Shown here: in pieces, positions 34,195 through 42,276 of the stretch
How positions within the stretch are numbered: the stretch's first letter is position 1
Layout of the letters: the number at the start of each line of letters is the position of its first letter
Origin: Octopus bimaculoides
Lineage: Eukaryota
NCBI RefSeq assembly: GCF_001194135.2
Contig: NC_068983.1
Span: forward strand, 55,849,121-55,891,396
Direction of reading: 5' to 3'
Length of the DNA stretch: 42,276 bases
Translations under genes and position numbers: made by a program
Notes under the pieces: generated by a model
The model's database searches: none
Told to the model about the DNA's origin: nothing
What the model saw: only the letters and a program-made list of their open reading frames with translations

Positions 34195-34585
34195 CAGGAG
34201 TGGCTGTGCGGTAAGTAGCTTGCTTACCAACCACATGATTCCGGGTTCAGTCCCACTGCATGGCACCTTGGGCAAGTGTTTTCTACTATAGCCTCAGGCC
34301 GACCAAAACCTTGTGAGTAGATTTGGTAGACAGAAACTGAAAGAAGCCCGTCATATATGGATATGTGTGTGTGTGTTTGTGTATATGTCTGTGTTTTGTT
34401 CCACCCCACCATCACTTGACAACCGAAGTTTGTGAGTTTACGTCCCCATAATTTAGTGGTTCGGCAAAAGTGACAGATAGAATAAGTACTAGGCTTTCGA
34501 AGAATAAGTCCTGTGTCAATTTGTTCAACTAAAGCGGTGCTCCAGCATGGCCACGGTCAAATGACTGAAACAAGTGAAAGAATAC
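34195..34585 (+). mobile_element. SINE family A copy
   Basis: Full head-to-tail match with CpG decay. Confidence 0.88.
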
Positions 34586-34723
34586 TGGGATTGATCTGTT
34601 CAAGTAAACCCTTCAAGCGTGACCACAATGACCAAAACAAGTAAAAGAAAGATTTGTTTCAAAACAGTTGAATTCTTTGCTAAGTTCTGTCTTTTATTGT
34701 CTTAAAAACGATTTGTGTTTTCT

Positions 34724-35095
34724 GTCATCATCATCATCATCATCATCGTTTAACGTCCGTTTTCCATGCTGGCATGGGTTGGACGGTTCGACTGGGGTCT
34801 GGGAAGCGAGGAAGCTGCACCAAGCTCCAGCCTGATCTGGCAATGTTTCTACAGCTGAATGCCCTTCCTAATGCCAACCACTCTGAAAGTGTAGTGGGTG
34901 CTTTTTTATGTGTCACCAGCACAAGGACCACAGAGGGCTGGCATCAACCATGATTGGATGGTGCTTTATACATGCCACTGGCACGGAAGCCAGTCAAGGT
35001 GGCACTGGCATCGGCCACCATCGGATGGTGCTTTTTACATGCCACTGGCACGGGGATCACAACTACAATTTCCGTTCGATTGTGATTTGATTTGA
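34724..35095 (-). mobile_element. RTE 3' UTR family copy abutting the IFT122 exon 3 acceptor
   Basis: (CAT)n CGTTTAACGTCCG... through the subrepeats to CAATTTC..GATTTG, equivalent to about 36490-36515. Confidence 0.85.
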
Positions 35096-35119
35096 TTTTG
35101 ATGTATTTTTTTTTTCCAG

Positions 35120-35196
35120 TCACAGTGATGCCATCCAGTGTTTAGCATACAATCCCATCACCCACCGTTTGTTAAGTTGTGCTGTTACGGATTTTG
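35120..35196 (+). CDS. IFT122: IFT122 coding exon 3
   Basis: T-tract + CCAG acceptor, 77 nt, G|GTAAGT donor. Phase 2 to phase 1. Translates (N)[25 protein letters not shown](G), versus recalled human [26 protein letters not shown]. Confidence 0.96.
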
Positions 35197-36189
35197 GTAA
35201 GTTTTTGTAACGTTTGATAAAACTTCATTCTTTACGCCTGCAAATGAATTGTTTTGCAAGTCTGTTTAACAACATGAAAAGCAAGTTAGGAAATATGAAG
35301 GGAAGGTTTGAGACTGAAGATATTTGTTTTGTTCTCAGAATTACCAATAATTTCCTTTTTGCAGAGATATAAAATGAACTTATTTATTTCTAAGTTTGTT
35401 CCGTGGTTCTCTTTCAACTATAGAAACTTCATTCATGAGTGGTATATAATTTCCTTTTTGTTCAGCCATTAATCTTATTGGAAACCTGGGCCATTCTCTG
35501 TGGCAAAAACCTTTGTAATTATGTCTGTGAGATGCGGCTGACCACACCATTTGTTCTGGGGTATACAACTCATTACCCCCACCAAACCCCAACCCACAAA
35601 TCTTTTGCAGCTCAATTCTCCTTCCCCCGTTTTTTTATTTTTCTTTGTTTCCTTGGTGAGGTAATTATGGGTTTTTTTCCTCAATAGTTTGATCTTTTCC
35701 ACGTTTAATGTTTTTCTTTCTTTTCTTTTTCTTCCTGTAAAAATATGTTGATAATAAATTTACCTTGATACCGATAAAAAAGAAGTTGTAGAGACAAAAA
35801 AAATAGTAATCAATAATCCTAAAGATTATATCAGCTCCGTGTGGTTGCTATAATCTATATAAAACTAATCTATATACTTTATAAAATACTAAAATTTCAA
35901 ATTCTATTTGTTTGTATTTGTTTGCTTCTCCCTTTTTTGTTTTGACTAAAGGGTGCATTGTCACAGCAAAATATTTTAACTCAATGAATCTTAGACATAA
36001 TCCCTTGTACCTGAAAAAACTTCAATCAAATCCGTCCCTTGGAAACACTCAAAACAGGAAGCTTGCCTTGCAAAACCAGGAGTTGTCTCAGGTGCGTTGG
36101 TTTCAAGGCATGTATGAATGTAAATGCTGATGCATTTACATATGCAAGTATATGTGTTGGCTGACGATGTCAGTGGATTTAATTTCTTC

Positions 36190-37000
36190 ACCATCATCAT
36201 TTTAACGTTTGTTTCCCATGCTGGCATGGGTTAGACAGTCTGATATGAAGCTGGTAAGCTGGAGAACTGCACCAGGCTCCAGTTGTCTGTCCTGGCTTGA
36301 TTTCTATGACTGGATGCCCTTCCTAGTGCCAACCATTTTAAAGAGTTTACTGGGTGTCTTTTACATGTCACCAGCACTGCTGTCCTTTTACGTGTCACCG
36401 GTATGGGCGCCCTTTATGTGTCACTGGCACATGTGCCTCTTACATGTCAGTGGCACGGGTGCTTTTATGTGTTACTGGCACTGTCTGCGACTGCAATTTC
36501 ACTTAGCTTGATTTGTTTTCTCAAGCACAACAAATTACCCGATTTCTTGGTCACTTGTCATCACCTCCATGAATCTCAACATCTGAAGATCACATTTCAT
36601 CACCTTGTTCCACGTCTTCCTACATTTACCTCTTCCACAAGTTCCCTTCACAGTTACAGATTTGCACTTCTTTACAAAGCTGTCCTTGTCCATATGCATC
36701 ACATGACCATAGCAGTGCAGCCTTCTCTTTTGTACACCACATCTGATATTTCTTATGCCCAATTTTCCACTTAAGACTCTTGTACTCTGTTGTACATTCA
36801 CACTGACATTGTACATCTAGTGAAGCATACTAGCTACATTTTTTTCAAGCCGTTGCATGTCCTCTACAATCACAGCTCACATTTCACTACCATGTAGTAT
36901 GGCTGTCTGCATACAGACATCATACAATCTGCCTTTCACTCTAAAAGTGAGGCCCTTTGTTACCAACAAAACTAGAAGCTCTCTGAACTTTTTTCAGCTT
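36190..37000 (-). mobile_element. RTE-clade LINE 3' end: RT C-terminus continuous with a repetitive 3' UTR and (GAT)n tail
   Basis: VKGRLYDVCMQTAILHGSEM..RRLHCYGHVMHM...VKKC...GRGKCRKTW..V..DL runs directly into TTTTACGTGCCAC-type subrepeats and a CATCAT tail at about 36190. Confidence 0.8.
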
Positions 37001-37269
37001 GTTCTTATTTATGTTATGATTTATGATATGAAAATGTTATCTTTGAGTGACAGATGCTAGGTAAACTCTTATAAGCTTTGAGTAGATTACCTGAAGTTAA
37101 ATGCACAGTGTGATATCCCACTTTTTTGAGAGACTTCATCTCTTGTTTATGCTATTGATGATGATAATACACTCACATACTCTTGTATGTGCAGACAAAT
37201 AGAATGAAGAGAGTACAGAAGGTAGATAAAGTCATAGATATATGTATTAGATGGGTAAAGGCAAAAGGT

Positions 37270-37463
37270 AATGACAACCCCTTTCGGTCATGAATGACCA
37301 TGGGATTGCACTTAGAAAGTTACCCTCCTAGGCACAAGTCCGGGCAAGGTTGTTTTATGGAAGACCAGCAGTCGCCCATGCATACCGGTCTCCCCTCTCT
37401 ACGTCACCAGTCTTATCCAAGGGAAAGGCAAAGGGGCCGATACAGCTTAGCACCAGTGACATC
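37270..37463. mobile_element. Fragment of a further interspersed repeat, fused to a MITE fragment and a SINE A head
   Basis: GACAACCCCTTTCGGTCATGAATGACCATGGGATTGCAC... is recalled as an abundant octopus repeat. There is only one copy here, so support is limited. Confidence 0.45.
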
Positions 37464-38754
37464 AAAACTTAAAATCTTCCACCAAACCTTAGTCAGAATT
37501 TATGTTCATAACACTAGCTTAATGATAACTAAGTTATTTTACTAAATTCTTTCAGTTTCTGTCTACCAAATCCACTCACAAGGCTTTGGTCGGCCCGAGG
37601 CTATAGTAGCAGACACTTGCCCAAGGTGCCACGTAGTGGGACTGAACCTGGAACCATGTGGTTGGTAAGCAAGCTACTAATCACACAGCCACTCATGCGC
37701 CTATCGTGTTAAAATTTCTCTTTTTATTTTTATTCCATGTTCACAGAATTTATTTCTGATGATGAACATAAATGTGAAAATGTAAATTACCGAGACTGAA
37801 ATTTCTTTTTCCAAATTGAAATCTTTTGCTACGTTTCAATAATTTTATTTATATCTTATGTTACAATTTTCGATTAAAAAAAAAAAATGATATTGTTTTA
37901 AAGATAGCAAAAACGAAAGACTTTGATGTCTTTGAAATTCTTGGAAGTGATAACCACTGTGATTGATACTGGATGTGTTACAATCGATAATTTTCGTGAT
38001 TTTTTGATGTGTTAAAATAAAAAGAAATCGAATTATTTTTTTTCATTCTGAACTTAATAAGTACTACATTATCGATTATCTTTATATGTATACATATCGT
38101 ATGATTCCGTCTATCGTCATATACAGCATGATAGATTTCTTAATTTGAATTCATTTTATTAGTTCGTAACCATCGCTCGTTGTTAAATGCATGACAAATA
38201 TGATTGACGATTTACATAAAGGCACATGGGTCAAATTTCTCCATTTCATCATAGTAACAACCAACACAACCATAATTTGCATAAAGGAACAATCAATTTA
38301 TTGATCAAGGGAAGCAACTCTTGATGTAGAAGTTAAGAGTAGTTTCCCCTGATAATTTGGAAGCGTGTCATCACTATTTTCCCATGGAGTTTAGGTGGTT
38401 TTAGAATCGGGGATGTGTGTCTAAATAGAAGTTTGTCCGATGTTGACATCTTTACAACAGTATTATGACATATTTGAAATATGCTGGCTTTGGCTCTGTT
38501 TCTAATCTGGGGGTTTTCAATAATATTTTATCCATGGAGCTCTTTGATCACTATTTTATTCCAGTGGAACTCCATAATCATTTGATGTTTTAAAACTAGT
38601 CTTATAGATACGTCTTTTAACGTTCTTGTTTTGTTTGTCACACATTGATTTGTGTAGGTTGAACTATTTAAAACGTTGGAGAAAGAAAACTTGTTGGTCT
38701 TTGCAATAAATACATCTCTAACAAAGTTTTTTCACAGTCTCTTAAAATAATCCA

Positions 38755-39355
38755 TTCTACAAAAGGCACAAGGCCTGAAATTCGGGACAAGGGGACTAGT
38801 CGATTACATCGCCCCCCCCCCCNNNNNNNNNNNNNNNNNNNNNNNNNNNNNNNNNNNNNNNNNNNNNNNNNNNNNNNNNNNNNNNNNNNNNNNNNNNNNN
38901 NCCATGTTTCACCGGTACTTAATTTATCGACCCCCAAAAGGATGAAATGCAAAGTCAACCTCAGTGGTTAAAAAATCTTTTCTACTCTAGGCACAAGGCC
39001 CAAAAGTTTTGGGGTGGTAGCCAGTCGATTAAATCGACCCCAGTATGCAACTGGTACTTAATTAATGGACCCCGAAAGGATGAAAGGCAAAGTTGACCAT
39101 GGCAGAATTTGAACTCAGATTGTAAAGACAGACGAAATACCACTAATCATTTCGCCCGGCGTGCAAACGTTTCTGCCAGCTCGGCGCTGTATATGTAGCA
39201 ATAATAATAATTCACAGTGTTGATCGGTATTCTTTTCTATTCAAGGCACAAGGCGCGAAATATTTGGGGAGGGGGCCAGTCGATTAGATCAACCCAGTAC
39301 AAAACTGGTACTTAATTTATCGACCCCAAAAGGATGAAAGGCAAAGTCGACCTAT
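38755..39355 (-). mobile_element. Cluster of three same-orientation SINE family B copies
   Basis: Units at about 38755-38970, 38975-39190 and 39228-39355, each starting GGCACAAGGC. Another tail is at 26127-26202. Confidence 0.85.
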
Positions 39356-39844
39356 TTTATTTTTATGATTAAATATTATGAGGAATTTTATAAAAAATTG
39401 CTGAAATATTTTTTCTGTTTTTGAAATATAACCAATTTATTGCACTTAAATTCTTAACAGCTATATCTTATATGGACCCTAGTTGAAAACCCAGAGAAAT
39501 AGCAACTGGGCCTAACTTGTCAAGTGCTATGTTGAGGGTGGATAACAAGGCTTGTGTACATTGTTAAGATTGATGAAGGGGTTTGTACATCAAGTATACT
39601 GACTATCCTTGCAGATGTATTTTGCATCTTCTTATACTTGAAACGAATGATACTGCTTGTATGACAGTGACAATCATTTTCAACTATCATATGATACTAA
39701 GACAAGGAGATATATAACACACTAAATAGCAGGTTCCTTTTAGTTTCCATTTATCATATCTACTCTAGGCTTTGGTTAGCCCAGGGCTATGGTAGAAGAT
39801 ACTTGCCCAAAGGTTCAATGCCATTAACTGTCATATCAAAATAT

Positions 39845-40220
39845 AACAAGAGCACTCAGAGAGCGCAAACCTCTGCCAAGGCAACACTAACGTCCTCTCA
39901 ATGATTAGCCAGAGATGATTTTTAAAATGAGAATATCTGAAATAAATTTGACTGCTCTCACAAACGAGAATACTAAAAACGAACCTGACTGCTCTCAAAA
40001 ATGAAGTAAAAAAAATAGGAGAAATAATCCAGAATCCTTGTCCGGTACTGGATTGATCCCAAAATCTAATCAGTTCGTGCCAGTCACTAGGCCGAACATC
40101 CCTGAAAGTTTCATCCAAATCCAGCCAGCAGTTCTTGAGATATCGTGTCCACGGACAAATAAACAAACAAACAAATACAACTGAAAACAATACCTCTGCC
40201 TTTGAAGGCTGATGTAATAA
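39845..40220 (-). mobile_element. HINE/Helentron-type non-autonomous element, near full length
   Basis: On the - strand: 5' hairpin ending AAGGCAGAGGT, a (TTTG)n patch, subterminal CCTTGGCAGAGGT, and 3' hairpin GCGCTC-tct-GAGTGC followed by TCTTGTT. Same architecture as 8682-8934. Confidence 0.7.
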
Positions 40221-41159
40221 TTTTCTTAATATTGGTAAAATGTTCCTGTGACTAAGGCTTATAAGACTCAGAAGAGGCCTGGTCCTTAGAGGTGTGTCAC
40301 TCTGGCTCTCTGTTATGTGAATATGGCCTGATGTCATGTGAAGCAATCTGCTTGGGATCAAATCAGTCATGTGCCTCCAGGGTAATCTCAGGAGAGCAGG
40401 AGATGAGCAGAGAAAGCAGTAAATGAATCAACAGAAAGCAACAAGAAACTATTGTTGATACTTTCTCAAAAAAAATCACGAATCTGCAGACTTAGGTAGA
40501 GGGATCTATTATTGCTGATGCCTACAGGCATGGCACATGGAGAGGGAGGGAGAAAGAGAGAGATGATTTCTATGCGGTTTCTTAAGTTTATAATTTTCTA
40601 AATATGAGGGTTGTAGTTTGCTTGAAGCATTGTAGTATAGAAGTGGAATGATAAATGAAATGAGAAATATGGAAAGCTTCTAACAATACAGACAGTTTAA
40701 AAAAGCCTTTTATATTTTGGGTGCAAAGGCCTATTTTCAGAAGGATACCATAAAAAAAAAAAAAAAAAAAAAATTATGTCTTTTGGCTAAATACTTTTCT
40801 TTCAACTGTCTCATTATGAAGATGGCATCTGTGGTACTTCTCCCATAGTAAATTAAAACATCACATTTGGATAAGATTTGTGATTGAACTTTGTACTTGA
40901 AATACTGGATTATAAACGAAACTAATAAACCACATTTTGATAAAAATATATTAAAACTGAAATTTAAAGAAATTTTCCAGACAGTCTAACCTTTTAATAA
41001 TTGCTTTCTCTTAATAAAAGTTACATAATTCCAACTAATTAATAAGTGGCTTTCTCCATTATATTAGAAGATAAAACATTTATATAACATAATATGTGCC
41101 TTTTGCATTTTATTAGAAAAAAATTGCCAAGAGAAATTTATCAGTATTAAACAGTATAT

Positions 41160-41800
41160 AGGCACAGGTGTGAGTGTATGGTTAAGAAGCTTGGTTCCCT
41201 ACCATGTGGTCTTGAGTTCAGTTCCACTGTATAGCGTCTTGGGTAATTATCTTCTTCTATAACATTGGGCTGCCCAAAGACTTATGAGTGGATTTGGTCA
41301 ATGGAAACTGTAAAAATTCATTGCAGATGTGTGTATGTGTATAGGTGTTTATATATGTGTATGCATGTGTGAGTTTGTCCCCTTCAACTGCTTGACAACT
41401 GGTGTTGGTTTGTTTACATCCTTGTAACTTAGTGGTTCAGCAAACAAAAAAAAAAAGACTGAGAGGTAAGCACCAGGTTTATCAAAAGCAAAATCAAGAA
41501 CTGGGGTCAATTTATTTGACTAAACCCTTCAAGACACACAAACACACAGATATGTGTGTGTGTCTGTGTGTATATGTTTATACATACATACACACATACA
41601 TGCATCTTTTACTTGTTTCAGTCATTTGACTGTGGCCATGCTGGAGCACCGCCTTCAGTTGAATAAATTGACCCCAAGTCTTATTCTTTGTAAGCCTAGA
41701 GACTCTATTGGTCCCTTTTGCCAAACCACTAAGTTACTGGGATGTAAACACACCAACATCAGTTGTCAAGTGATGATGTGAGAACAAACACAGACAAACA
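41160..41800. mobile_element. Two old SINE family A copies, tail to tail (41160-41530 +, 41605-41800 -)
   Basis: Diverged head and core on +, tail and middle on -. Further family A fragments at about 41-193, 5347-5540, 25000-25130, 27040-27115, 28835-28960, 32575-32885, 33535-33805, 37552-37703 and 39725-39830. Confidence 0.75.
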
Positions 41801-41858
41801 TATACATTATATGTATATATATATATATGTGTGTGTGTGTATATGTATGTATGTATAT

Positions 41859-42276
41859 CAGTGGCGTGCGGTGATTTCCGGGGTTGGGCATGCAATGAAT
41901 TTCTCCCCCCCCCCCGGCAATTTTTCAGTAAATAAATTTTCGTATTCCTACAATTTGCATATGGGAGATTCTGAATATGCAATCACCCTCATATGACCTA
42001 GAATAAGCAGGGAATAAAAAATGGCTCTGTAAAGATGAGCCTGAAATAAGTGTATTGTTTGTATTTCTCTCTCTCTTTGAAATGTCAGTACTTTCCCATC
42101 CTCACTCTCCCTTAAAAAGTCTAAAAATTATTAGTGAAATGTAATAAAGATGAAATTGGATTCTGTTAATATTTTTGCATATTCGGAATCTCTGTTAAAG
42201 GTAGGAATCAGAAAAAAATTTTTCACAAAATTCGTTTTTCAAAGGGGTGTGATTCTGCATTAGCCCCTATACCTAT
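41859..42276. mobile_element. Possible left end of a hAT-like DNA transposon
   Basis: CAGTGGCGTGCGG start after a (TA) tract with an abrupt CpG-rich onset. No right end in the window. Confidence 0.35.

Noticed and set aside
35197-42276. IFT122 exon 4 (expected LWS.EQK.V.K.K)
   Set aside because: No phase-1 exon with this motif was found. Candidates near 35967-36091 and 40270-40300 do not match, so it probably lies beyond the window or in a gap.

Overview
Repeat-dense eukaryotic genomic DNA with ten N-gaps, almost certainly from a coleoid cephalopod, probably Octopus. This is inferred from the microsatellite load and the SINE/LINE families. The only confidently identified host gene is IFT122 (WDR10, IFT-A complex). 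Its first three coding exons (27330-27370, 31619-31849, 35120-35196, + strand) are missed by the ORF track, and the gene continues past the window end. A possible second gene is suggested by an 87-nt open exon with strong splice sites on the - strand (785-871) in CpG-poor sequence. The rest is a layered mobile-element landscape: a degraded PGBD3/MER85-like piggyBac (terminal palindromes, splice acceptor, polyA signal), a Penelope-like element with a decayed hammerhead-ribozyme motif, a Helitron helicase remnant and Helentron-type non-autonomous elements, a deleted Ty3/Gypsy, a 177-bp solo LTR, CR1-like and RTE LINE 3' ends, hAT, piggyBac-type and foldback MITEs, an inverted-repeat element carrying (TTAGGG)n, and at least three tRNA-derived SINE families. 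I found no CRISPR array, rRNA or functional tRNA. I see no convincing evidence of a wholly new biological system. The best leads are transposon architectures. Comparisons with human or other named sequences are from memory and need database confirmation. Repeat boundaries are approximate unless TSDs/TIRs are quoted.
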